A stretch of DNA of 64,000 nt from an uncultured Bacteroidota bacterium. GTDB taxonomy: Bacteria > CLD3 > SB21. Of this stretch, positions 48,538-57,867 are shown in pieces. The position numbers were made by a program, and so were the translations under genes. Where the stretch lies: positions 5,296-69,295 of the forward strand of contig CAYZJB010000001.1 in assembly GCA_964478735.1 (NCBI GenBank), in the 5' to 3' direction. Each line of letters begins with the position of its first letter. The first letter of the stretch is position 1. Under the pieces are notes generated by a model. The model saw only the letters and a program-made list of their open reading frames with translations, did not search any database and was not told the DNA's origin.

Positions 48538-49772
48538 ATTCGTCCTCATTTCTCATTCGACGCAAAGGTGAGATTTCCTTTTTCTCGGCCGTCACCGGCC
48601 TCGTCGTTGTCGCGGCGTGTCAACGGCTCTTTCCTGAATTCGTTCCTCTCCTCATGATCGTTTTCCAGCACGGATTCGAAGCGGCCACGGTCGGTGGAGC
48701 GGCGGACTGGCTGGCGGTCAAAATGATTTTTGATGAAATCAAAATCGGCGGGATCCGGATCGTGCCGGCCTCGGGGATCATTCCGCGAAAACAAAAAATC
48801 ATCGCACGGGGTGCGGGCGAACTCGTGGCGCGGGAATGGCTGTCGGCCGAAAGCGTCGCACGAGCGCTGCGCGAATTCGATTTTGCGGCATCGCTCGCCG
48901 AGTACGTGGCACAACGGCCGGACATCATCGACCGACAGATCGACCGCTTGCTTCGCACAAGTGCAGACTGGTTAAACGATCCGGAAAATGCGAATCGATT
49001 ATCTGATTGGCTCGCATCGAAGGCGCAGAACTTCCGCCTCTCCGGGTTCCTTGCAAAAGTGATCGATCGTGATCATCTCGCGTCTGCCGTTCACGATCTC
49101 GTACCGCCCGTCACGGAGGCGTTGCGGGAAGGCCTGTCGAGTCCGGAAGTTTATCGGATTGTTTTGCAGAAAATGCAGGAGGAACAGAAGGGTTTTTTTC
49201 GCCAGCTTTTTTTCGATCCTGAGGAAGCGGCGGAAAAGGCCCTTCTCAAAGGAATGGAGTTTTTACGCGAACTACAGGAGCGAGAAGACCATCCCGTACG
49301 GCTTCGCCTGATCGAGGCGGCACAGCAATGGCTGGGCGCCGTACAACGGGAGCCGGAGACGCCGACCCGGCTGGATGAAGCGGTTCAGGAACTGATCGGT
49401 GATTCCGATCGGTTTTCACGATCTATCGTTTCGACCATTCGCGAATCGATCGAGGGACAGGAACGAAACCCGGCGAGCGGCCTGCGGCAGTGGCTGAAAC
49501 AGATGGCGAACGATGCGATCGACAAGCTACGTTCCGAATGGAGCACGGCATTCAACGATCGTATACGTGCGTTGATCGGCGACGTGATGGCACGGCATCA
49601 CGATCGTATTGCCGCTATCGTCGAGGATAATTTAAACCGATTATCCCCGGAACAGATTAAGACGCAGTTCAAACAGCGCACGTACGACGATATGCAGTGG
49701 ATTCGTGTCAACGGAGCCGTTGCGGGATTCGTGATTGGTATAGTGCTCGGATTGGTCCGAATATTTCTATGA
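48513..49772 (+). CDS. DUF445 family membrane protein
   Basis: GGAADWLAVKMIF and C-terminal MQWIRVNGAVAGFVIGIVLG motifs. Start uncertain (48513 or 48654). Confidence 0.7.
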   Translation: MAPPAASVNSSSFLIRRKGEISFFSAVTGLVVVAACQRLFPEFVPLLMIVFQHGFEAATVGGAADWLAVKMIFDEIKIGGIRIVPASGIIPRKQKIIARGAGELVAREWLSAESVARALREFDFAASLAEYVAQRPDIIDRQIDRLLRTSADWLNDPENANRLSDWLASKAQNFRLSGFLAKVIDRDHLASAVHDLVPPVTEALREGLSSPEVYRIVLQKMQEEQKGFFRQLFFDPEEAAEKALLKGMEFLRELQEREDHPVRLRLIEAAQQWLGAVQREPETPTRLDEAVQELIGDSDRFSRSIVSTIRESIEGQERNPASGLRQWLKQMANDAIDKLRSEWSTAFNDRIRALIGDVMARHHDRIAAIVEDNLNRLSPEQIKTQFKQRTYDDMQWIRVNGAVAGFVIGIVLGLVRIFL

Positions 49773-49826
49773 CGGGATGGTTACGAGAAGATGGCCACCC
49801 ATAAAAGGGATTAACCGACAACCGTC

Positions 49827-50621
49827 TTGACGGTTATCGAATCCCTCAGCGGGGGTTCACGAATCCCTTGTCCTATAGCACGACGTATTTTTGGTTTGCA
49901 GCTGCCACGGATGGTATCGATACAACCTTCAGCGATGCGTGGCGTTTTACTGCGATTCCGCCACCCATCATTACGCTTTTTTCCGAATCCTTTGAAATCA
50001 ATTCGGTTTTGGGGCGGCGTCTGGACAGCATCCGATTTTAATTCGACCTCCGGTCTCGACTACTGGGGCGACCAGTCCACAGGAAACGGAGCACGCGTGC
50101 ACGGTGGAAGTTGGAGCGCTTATTATGCGGACAACAGCGACGTATCCGGACAACTGGACGACAACGATATGCTCGCTGCGATGGGTCCAACGAACGTGAT
50201 CAACACGTCCGGATATACGAACATCCAGCTCAAATACTGGCTGTCCTACGATACTGAACCCGGGTTGGACGTGCTTAACGTTCAATACTGGAACGGTTCA
50301 CAATATGTAATCGTGACCGGTTCGACCAAAAGCGGATTTGGAAATTGGACGGAGTATACGATCAATTTCACAGGCGGCACGTCGCTCGACGTTATATTCG
50401 TTTTTGAAACGGATGGAAGTGTTGTAGACGAAGGTGCCTATGTTGATGACATCACTGTCACGGGCATGCCGACGTCGGTCAACCCGGCGGCGCTCGGAGA
50501 GAACGAGATGTACGTCGAACTCACAAATTTTTCCTCACGCGTCGGTTATGCGCCGCCCGCGAGGATCGATCGGTCAAACCTATTGCAAAAAAAGAAACCC
50601 GCCAAAAAATTACTTTACTAA
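49827..50621 (+). CDS. hypothetical protein with a lectin/MAM- or choice-of-anchor-like jelly-roll domain; no signal peptide, so possibly a gene fragment
   Basis: ...IQLKYWLSYDTEPGLDVLNVQYWNGSQYVIVTGSTKSGFGNWTEYTINF...AYVDDITVTG pattern. Confidence 0.35.
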   Translation: MTVIESLSGGSRIPCPIARRIFGLQLPRMVSIQPSAMRGVLLRFRHPSLRFFPNPLKSIRFWGGVWTASDFNSTSGLDYWGDQSTGNGARVHGGSWSAYYADNSDVSGQLDDNDMLAAMGPTNVINTSGYTNIQLKYWLSYDTEPGLDVLNVQYWNGSQYVIVTGSTKSGFGNWTEYTINFTGGTSLDVIFVFETDGSVVDEGAYVDDITVTGMPTSVNPAALGENEMYVELTNFSSRVGYAPPARIDRSNLLQKKKPAKKLLY

Positions 50622-50704
50622 AATTACTTTACATCTTGACTTTCGGAGGCGCAGCAGAGTAACTTCCTGTGTCCATTCCCATCAATTTTAGGAGGAGAAC
50701 CATC

Positions 50705-51805
50705 ATGCGAGGATTATTTTTGCTGGTTGGACTGACGATAGTCCCGGCGTCGTTTGCACAGATTCGGAATGTTGACATAACGGGCGCGGGTGCTCGCGCC
50801 GAAGGCATGGGCGGTGCATTCATCGGTGTGGCGGATGATGCCACGTCGATTGTGTGGAATCCGGCCGGATTAACGTCGCTGGAACGGCCGGAGGCTTCTC
50901 TTGTCGGTCGTCAGGTTTTCGATAATTATGACTTCGGCAGTTTTGGCGACGATAACAGCAAACATTTCATCCTCAATTTTGCGAGTTTTGCATATCCCAT
51001 CAATGTTGGCGAACGGAGGCTCACCTTCGCTCTGGCGTTCCAGAACCAAATCGACCTGTATCAGTTTTCCAACCAGGGTGGACAGATTGACGAGCAGACC
51101 GGCGGCGTTAATACGATTTCGCCGGGCGTCGGATTTCAGGTCAATAAGATGTTTTCCGTTGGCGCCGTGGCCAACATCTGGACGGGTAGCAGCGAGTACC
51201 GGGACCCAAGCGACGACGGCTATGACGACGATTGGTCTGGGTTTAATTTTCAGTTGGGAGGGCTTGCGGATTTTTCTGCGATGAATGAACGATTTCCAAT
51301 GAAAATAGGTGTTTCTTATCGATCCGGTTTTGACCTGAAGGATAAGTTTGAACTGACCACCGGGGGCGATGGGGAGTGGACGTGGCATATACCCTGGATG
51401 TTGGGAGTAGGGGCGTCGTACCGTTTTGGAGAAAACCTGACGGCAGCTGTTGATTATGAAACCCGAGCCTTCAAGGATGCAAAGATCATAGATAAAGACA
51501 CGGATGTCACGTTATCTACACTGAGTGATTATAATGTGAATTTGATTCGCCTAGGCATGGAGTATCTCATCGTAACCGATGCCTTCGTGATACCGGTGCG
51601 CGCAGGATTCAAAACCGGCGGTACCATTTTTTCAGAATTCATCAGCGGCGATCAGGTTCGTGTGACGGGATTTACGGTGGGGACCGGTTATATTCATCCT
51701 CGCTTCGCCATTGATATTGCGATTAATATCGATAGGTCGAAAGACCCGACAATCGTCAAATATTCACAAACCCGTATTAGCACTTCGACGATCGTATATT
51801 TCTGA
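50705..51805 (+). CDS. outer membrane beta-barrel protein (FadL/PorV-like family)
   Basis: Signal peptide [19 protein letters not shown]; [29 protein letters not shown]-terminal motif; terminal YF. Confidence 0.6.
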   Translation: MRGLFLLVGLTIVPASFAQIRNVDITGAGARAEGMGGAFIGVADDATSIVWNPAGLTSLERPEASLVGRQVFDNYDFGSFGDDNSKHFILNFASFAYPINVGERRLTFALAFQNQIDLYQFSNQGGQIDEQTGGVNTISPGVGFQVNKMFSVGAVANIWTGSSEYRDPSDDGYDDDWSGFNFQLGGLADFSAMNERFPMKIGVSYRSGFDLKDKFELTTGGDGEWTWHIPWMLGVGASYRFGENLTAAVDYETRAFKDAKIIDKDTDVTLSTLSDYNVNLIRLGMEYLIVTDAFVIPVRAGFKTGGTIFSEFISGDQVRVTGFTVGTGYIHPRFAIDIAINIDRSKDPTIVKYSQTRISTSTIVYF

Positions 51806-51807
51806 CC

Positions 51808-51862
51808 GTGCGCCCGGCAGGGCGCACTCACTTGGGAGTGAAACTCTCCTACGCACCTGACA
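51808..51862 (+). repeat. second copy of the group II intron 5' end (~55 nt)
   Basis: GTGCGCCCGGCAGGGCGCACTCACTTGGGAGTGAAACTCTCCTACG is near-identical to 38422-38468, and then diverges. Confidence 0.65.
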
Positions 51863-51889
51863 GGAGGAAGCGTTAGCCGGACGGCAAGG

Positions 51890-52606
51890 GTGTCCACCGT
51901 GAGGTGGAATCTGAAGGAAGCCGCAGGCAAAACACTGGCGCTGCTTGCCATGGCTCCGGTTTTTTCCGATTCCATTCAACGTGTCGTCATTCGGGATATG
52001 GAAACCGAAGAAACCGATTCGGCCCGGCGCGGCGCCGGGCGCCTGTCGTCGCTTCCTTTTTCACGGTTGGAGGTCGAGGCAATCGCCGGACTCTTTAGAC
52101 AGCGGGGGTATCGCCGCACGGTATTTATCTCCACATCGGCGGCCAAATCAAACTTCTTGGCTTCCTGTAGGGATGCTCGAATCATACACATCGCGACACA
52201 CGGATTTTTGAACGGTAAAAACATCAAATTGAGCGGTAATGTCTTTGCCTTGGACTCAGATTCATCCGACCCGGTGCTGTATGTTCCGGAAATCTACAAC
52301 CTGAAAATGGATGCGGACCTAGTCACGCTCAGCGCGTGTAAGACGGGACTTGGAGACGTCGTAAGGGGAGAAGGGATCATCGGTTTAACCCGTGCATTGA
52401 CGTACGCCGGTGCGCAACGGACGCTGGTTTCATTGTGGCCGGTTGCCGACCGCGCCACGTCGGACCTGATGACGAACTTCTACATGTTCCTGCTGGTTGG
52501 CGCGTCCTACGCCGAGGCGCTCCGGCTGGCAAAATTGGAATTAATCCGTATGCGTCATTACGCTTTTCCGGGAGATTGGGCCTCTTTCATTCTGATCGAC
52601 TCTTAA
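51890..52606 (+). pseudogene. CHAT-domain (caspase-like peptidase) protein, C-terminal fragment only
   Basis: IIHIATHGF (catalytic His) and TLSACKTG (catalytic Cys); C-terminal LVSLWPVAD. No N-terminal sensor/TPR region. The intron fragment lies directly upstream. Confidence 0.6.
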
Positions 52607-52619
52607 CGGATCGTAAACC

Positions 52620-53636
52620 TACCTACCCTGGCAATCTCGCCATCGACTCTGGTAAACCAATAGTAAAGTCCCGGAGATAAACGAGCTGTGGTCTCCAGTG
52701 GAGGCGATTGCGATCCTCCGCGCCAGATTTCACGGTTCGTATTATCGACAAGGGAAATATCGACGGTAACCGGTCCTTCCGAAGTCCACTCGAAAGAAGC
52801 CGCTCGCTTTTCCTACTCGTACCGTTCCAAATTCTACCGGTAATCCCCGATAATGGCGATCCAAATAGGTTTCCAAAACCGGATTGGACTCGAACGCGAA
52901 GGTCCGTGAGGGCGCCGTTTTTTGGCGTTCTCGATCTTTTGGAACAATCGTTTCGTCAATCCGGGGTTCTTCTTTATCAGGAATGGCATTCGTCGTGTCG
53001 CTTTCGATCATGGACGGTTTCGACAATCGGGACCTCCGGCGAAGGTCGAGTGACCAGCCACAGTATTAACGCCGATCCCAGGACAAGAACGGCAGCCGCG
53101 GCAGAAACGCAGCGTGCGCGATAGAGACAGCGCTGCCGTTGGATGAGCAACGTTATAGCGTACCGCAATGCGTCCGGGAGCCGGCGATAATCCATTGGTT
53201 CCTGACAACAGATACGGAACGTCACAGACGGCATGAGATAACCTTAGTCGGACGTCCGAATCTATTGATACGCTAATTTTCTGCAGTCCGGTCGGCAGGC
53301 GATAAAATTGTAGTCTGGATTGAAGCGTTTCTCCGCGCACGGTGCCTTCCGGGTTTTCAAACAGAACGACGCCTCCCTCGCTGGAAAATACCCTGCAATC
53401 GGCGAATTGGGTTTCCCGGTCAAATTCGAGTTCATCGTCAAAAACCATGTCGTACAGTCGACGGCAGTCCTGACAACCGGCAAGGTGATCGTTACCGATT
53501 GCGTTTCCGTTGCCGAGAGTTCGTCGGCGAAAATGATATAGGCTGACAGAGACGACGGCGCAAAATGGTTGCCGCTCATCAGTTGCCGGCGAAGCTCGTC
53601 CAGGGGATTGGAAGTGGGGATGGGGTGATCGTTCAT
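52620..53636 (-). pseudogene. zinc-finger (zf-HC2/ZAS-type) anti-sigma factor, multiply frameshifted
   Basis: Frame 1 gives MNDHPIPTSNPLDELRRQLMSGNHFAPSSLSAYIIFADEL. A frameshifted continuation gives NAIGNDHLAGCQDCRRLYDMVFDDELEF (H-x3-C-x2-C). A third frame carries a TM helix AAAVLVLGSALILWLV. Three overlapping ORFs (53262..53636, 53008..53448, 52977..53234) chain together. Confidence 0.55.
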
Positions 53637-53679
53637 GGCGTTCTCTTGGTCCTATAGTGCGGTGAGGTCTTCGATCCTT

Positions 53680-54243
53680 TCAACATATTTTTTGAATAAT
53701 CAATTTTATATTAAGAAAAAGATCCAGCTTTCGGCGGATTCGATGAATGATTACATGCGTGCTGTTTTCCGTAAGTTTTAGTTTTTTTGCGATTTCGATG
53801 GGCCGGTCGCCGTCGATCAGATAGTTGAGAATTTTACGTTCCCTGACTTTCAACGTCTGTCGGAACAAAATGATCTGTCCCATCAGGTCTGTTTCCGCCA
53901 GTTGGTCTTCGGCCGACGACGGTTCTCGAGCCATTTGCTCAAAACGAGAGCCGTCGTTTTCTCCGGGGTTCGACGGTTCGGAGGCCAACATCTGGCGTCG
54001 ATGAATTTCTTTTTCCAGGATATGCCAGCACTGATAAGAGATGGCTCGAATGACGTAATGTTCAACGGATCCGTTGATGCGATCGGGCCGAATCTCGTTG
54101 ACGCCGAGAAATATCTCATGGATAAGGGCATCCGGGTCTTCCAGGTCGGTGTTTCGAAAGCGATTGATATTTTTATGATGAAATGCCCGGATAAAGTGAT
54201 GTCCGCGTGTTCCCGGAGCAAAAAATTCTTTGTAAAGGTCCAT
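53680..54243 (-). CDS. ECF-type RNA polymerase sigma-70 family factor
   Basis: Region 2 (ALIHEIFLGVNE...YVIRAISYQCW) and region 4 helix-turn-helix (ERKILNYLIDGDRPIEIAKKLKLTENSTHVIIHRIRRKL). Confidence 0.75.
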   Translation of the reverse strand: MDLYKEFFAPGTRGHHFIRAFHHKNINRFRNTDLEDPDALIHEIFLGVNEIRPDRINGSVEHYVIRAISYQCWHILEKEIHRRQMLASEPSNPGENDGSRFEQMAREPSSAEDQLAETDLMGQIILFRQTLKVRERKILNYLIDGDRPIEIAKKLKLTENSTHVIIHRIRRKLDLFLNIKLIIQKIC

Positions 54244-55332
54244 TCAGGCGTGGATTTCCTTTCGTTGGTGCAAATAAAAACGAACGGCGGGAACGACGAT
54301 GCCGACGACCGTTAGAGGAAATACGACGTAGACCATGGCGTTCCGGTAGTGCGGCAGCACATCGTGCTCCGTCGCGTCAAAAATCAAAAACACCATATAC
54401 GCGACGTAGTAACCAAAGAACAACCATCCGTTCCATCTGGAGATCTCGAAGTTTGCAAAAAAAATGGGAAGACAGACGACCGCGACGGCTACCATGACCG
54501 GAATATCGAAAGCGAGAGCGGCAGGGGAAATGCGGACCCCTTCGGGCGCAACGAGTCCGGTCAATCCGAGAACGGACAGAATATTAAATAAATTGCTGCC
54601 GACGACGTTCCCCACGGCAATGTCGCGCTCGCCGCGAAACGCAGCCACGACGGAGGTCGCGACTTCAGGAAGCGACGTTCCGACGGCGACGATGGTCAAT
54701 CCGATGATCAATTCGCCGACCCCCAGCCATCGCGCAATGCCCACCGCACCGTCGACGATGCTTTGTGAACCGATAACCAGCATACCCAGCCCTCCGATCA
54801 ACAGCACGAAATCGAGCCATCGGCGAGGCGGCGGGCGAGGGCCGAATTCTTTTTCGTATTCTTCGACCACGGCAGCCGATTCTTTTCCGCCGAATCGAAG
54901 CAGAAACAACGTATACGCACAAATACCGGCGAACAAAAGGCCCCCCTCAAAACGGCTGATGTTCAGATCGAGAGAAAAAAGGAGAAAAAGGACGGAAACT
55001 CCGATCATCAGCGGTACGTCGAAACGAATGAGCTGGTGCTTGACTAGCAGCGGTGTTATCATGGCCGACAAGCCAAGAATAAGCAAAACATTGCAAATAT
55101 TGCTACCGACCACGTTACCGACCGCGAGATCGGACTTTCCGTCAACCGCTGCTCGAACGCTCACCGCCAGTTCCGGCGCGCTGGTGCCGAACGCCACGAC
55201 TGTGAGGCCGATGATGAGCGACGATACGCCGAACGACGCCGCGAGGCGCACGGCCCCTCGTACCATAAACTCGGCGCCCGCGACGAGGACCGTAAGCCCG
55301 ACCGCCATGTACAGTATATCCACCCAGGGCAT
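54244..55332 (-). CDS. Ca2+/Na+ antiporter (CaCA family, YrbG-like)
   Basis: GLTVVAFGTSAPELAVSV and GLTIVAVGTSLPEVATSV alpha-repeats. Confidence 0.8.
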   Translation of the reverse strand: MPWVDILYMAVGLTVLVAGAEFMVRGAVRLAASFGVSSLIIGLTVVAFGTSAPELAVSVRAAVDGKSDLAVGNVVGSNICNVLLILGLSAMITPLLVKHQLIRFDVPLMIGVSVLFLLFSLDLNISRFEGGLLFAGICAYTLFLLRFGGKESAAVVEEYEKEFGPRPPPRRWLDFVLLIGGLGMLVIGSQSIVDGAVGIARWLGVGELIIGLTIVAVGTSLPEVATSVVAAFRGERDIAVGNVVGSNLFNILSVLGLTGLVAPEGVRISPAALAFDIPVMVAVAVVCLPIFFANFEISRWNGWLFFGYYVAYMVFLIFDATEHDVLPHYRNAMVYVVFPLTVVGIVVPAVRFYLHQRKEIHA

Positions 55333-55366
55333 GATGAAGTCTAAAGAAGAGCCTGAAAAAAGTAAA

Positions 55367-56443
55367 TTACTTTCGTGCCGGCCGCTGACGAATATAACGC
55401 ACGGCCAGAACCAGGATCGTGACCGTTGTGATCGGAATGACAAATTCCAGCATGATAAGTTTGTATTCCGGAAGGGCGTCGTGATGCGTCGAATCGAGGA
55501 TCAGAAAAGTCGTATAAGCAACGTAATAGAGCAGAAAAGTCCAGCCGTTCCATCGTGAAATCGTGTAATTCGTAAAAAAAATCGGCAGACAGGCCACGGC
55601 AATGGCAATCATGACCGGTATATCAAAAAGCATCGCCGCCGGGGCGACCGTGATGGGCTGGATCAGCGAGGACAGCCCAAGCACCGACAGAATGTTAAAA
55701 ATATTGCTGCCGACGACGTTACCGACGGCGATATCGCGTTCTCCACGGATGGCGGCGACGACGGACGTTGCGACTTCCGGCAGCGACGTACCGCACGCGA
55801 CGACGGTCAGTCCGATAATCAATTCACTGACTCCGAAATACCGCGCGAGAACCACCGCGCCGTCGACCAGCCAGTTCGACCCGATCACCAGCATGACCAG
55901 TCCGATAAGCACTAAGGTCACGGCCTTCCAGGGCGCCTTGAGGGTCATTTGACCGAATTCTTTTTCGTATTCCGCTGCAACGGACGCCTGTTCTCGCCGG
56001 CTCTGTCGTACGAGAAAGGTCGTGTAGACAATGATGCCGGCAAAAAATAAACCGCCTTCCCACCGGTCCAGTACACCGTTTAATGCAAAAACGTAAACCA
56101 GAATCGAAATGACAATCATGATGGGAACGTCCAGCTTGATCAACTGCTGATTGACTCGTAGCGGAGTAATGGCGGCGGAAATTCCAAGAATGAAAAGTAC
56201 ATTGAAAATATTGCTGCCGACCACGTTTCCCAGCGCAATATCGGCTTTACCGGTTGCGGCGGAACTCACGCTGACGGCAAGTTCCGGGGCGCTGGTGCCG
56301 AACGCGACGACGGTGAGGCCGATAACGAGCGAGGACACGCCGGCCGCGGCGGCCAGTTGCGAGGCGCCGCGAACGAGCCATTCCGCCCCAGCGATCAGCA
56401 AGACGAGTCCAATAGCGAACAGAATGATCATTTGAACGTCCAT
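55367..56443 (-). CDS. Ca2+/Na+ antiporter (CaCA family), tandem paralog
   Basis: Same alpha-repeat motifs; highly similar to the neighbouring gene. Confidence 0.8.
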   Translation of the reverse strand: MDVQMIILFAIGLVLLIAGAEWLVRGASQLAAAAGVSSLVIGLTVVAFGTSAPELAVSVSSAATGKADIALGNVVGSNIFNVLFILGISAAITPLRVNQQLIKLDVPIMIVISILVYVFALNGVLDRWEGGLFFAGIIVYTTFLVRQSRREQASVAAEYEKEFGQMTLKAPWKAVTLVLIGLVMLVIGSNWLVDGAVVLARYFGVSELIIGLTVVACGTSLPEVATSVVAAIRGERDIAVGNVVGSNIFNILSVLGLSSLIQPITVAPAAMLFDIPVMIAIAVACLPIFFTNYTISRWNGWTFLLYYVAYTTFLILDSTHHDALPEYKLIMLEFVIPITTVTILVLAVRYIRQRPARK

Positions 56444-56517
56444 AATGTTGTTATCGGGGTTAAAGGTGGAACGTCAAATAAGGCTCCGAGCGAATCCGCC
56501 CGCTGAAGTCATGGCGG

Positions 56518-57309
56518 TCATCGGGTTTCAGAGCAAAAACGGTCGCGCAGGTCGACGATGTACATCCCGAGTAAATTTCGGGCCTCGAGGCCAATTTCAT
56601 CGAGCCGCAAATACGTGTCCGATTCGAAGAATTCCCCGTCACGCAGGACCATGAGAAAATCGATGCAACGGTTGCTGTAATGCAGAGCGCGTTTACACAT
56701 GGCGATGTTGCCTCCGAGCGTGAACGGATGATATCCCATCACATGGGCGCCCGCAACTTTACTGTATGCGGTGCACGCATGCGTGAGCAAATTTTGCAGG
56801 TCCGTCGACTGCATGCGCGACTCCGGGACGGTACCCGCCCATGCCTTGAGCTGAAAATAAAAATCGCGGGCGAACCGGTACGCCTGAATCTGATAAAGAG
56901 AATTTTCTTTGGCATCGAAAAACGTCTGGAAGCCGCCGATCGGCGAACCCATCAGGGAAAGCTCGGAGCGTACATATTCGCGAAAATGTTCTTCATCTCG
57001 AGGTGATTTGTATACCTGGCGGTATCCTTCGCGAACGTAGTAGAGCGCGACGGCCTCTTCGACCATGCGGTCCCGGTCGGAATGGTTCCAGTATTTTTCG
57101 TAGTACGAGATGACCGGCTGGCTGTCCCGATCCATTTGCTGGAAGAATAATTCCCATTCAAATTCGTCCCAGACGTGTTTCCGGGACGTTTGAGCATGCA
57201 ATTCGCGCTCCCACTGCGTCCGCATTTCCAGGTGCGCTTTCATCCACGGTTCGTCTTTGTCGTCATCGGGTTCGTCGTCCCATCGACGGTCGCCGTCACG
57301 GAGCGGCAT
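56518..57309 (-). CDS. hypothetical protein (acidic N-terminus, no recognised domain)
   Basis: 263 aa ORF with balanced composition; N-terminal DDEPDDDKDEPW. Confidence 0.4.
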   Translation of the reverse strand: MPLRDGDRRWDDEPDDDKDEPWMKAHLEMRTQWERELHAQTSRKHVWDEFEWELFFQQMDRDSQPVISYYEKYWNHSDRDRMVEEAVALYYVREGYRQVYKSPRDEEHFREYVRSELSLMGSPIGGFQTFFDAKENSLYQIQAYRFARDFYFQLKAWAGTVPESRMQSTDLQNLLTHACTAYSKVAGAHVMGYHPFTLGGNIAMCKRALHYSNRCIDFLMVLRDGEFFESDTYLRLDEIGLEARNLLGMYIVDLRDRFCSETR

Positions 57310-57847
57310 AGGAATGTCCTTTGTCTAAAAACCGCTCGGCCAGAAGCAGGCCGGCCAGTGTTTTCAGGTCGGTGATTTCTCCGGAACGCGCCATGTCCAC
57401 GGCCGTGGAAAACGGCAGGCGCAGGATATCGAGAAACTCGTCGTGGTCCCTCCGCTGTTCCGCAGGCGTCAGCTCGTCCGCCAGGTACAGCCACATTTTT
57501 TCATCACTGTATCCGATGCAGGGATAATATTCGGCAATTTTTTGCAGCCGCCCGGGCCGGTACCCGATCTCTTCGATAAGTTCACGTCGTGCGGCGCTTT
57601 CCGTGGATTCTCCTGCATCCAGTTTTCCTGCCGGCAATTCGATAAAAGCCTGCCCGACGGGATAGCGGAACTGGCGAATCAAGATCGTCGAACGGTCCGG
57701 AAAAAGCGGAACCATGATGACCGCTCCGGGATGTTTGATATATTCACGAACGGCCGTTGCTCCGTTGGGAAGTCGAACTTCGTCGCGCCAGGCCTTGAGC
57801 AGATGGCCGTCGATTAACTGTACGGAAGAGATGGGTGTTTCGATCAA
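57296..57847 (-). CDS. NUDIX hydrolase (ADP-ribose pyrophosphatase-like)
   Basis: Nudix box GKLDAGESTESAARRELIEEIGY. A GTG/TTG start is likely near 57845. The longer ORF to 58180 overlaps aroF. Confidence 0.7.
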   Translation of the reverse strand: MIETPISSVQLIDGHLLKAWRDEVRLPNGATAVREYIKHPGAVIMVPLFPDRSTILIRQFRYPVGQAFIELPAGKLDAGESTESAARRELIEEIGYRPGRLQKIAEYYPCIGYSDEKMWLYLADELTPAEQRRDHDEFLDILRLPFSTAVDMARSGEITDLKTLAGLLLAERFLDKGHSYAAP

Positions 57848-57867
57848 ATGTTTGGACACGACGCCGC

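Noticed and set aside
54464-55558. 364-aa plus-strand ORF
   Set aside because: It is antisense to the CaCA antiporter gene. The Arg/Ser/Thr/Pro-rich composition has no protein-like motifs.
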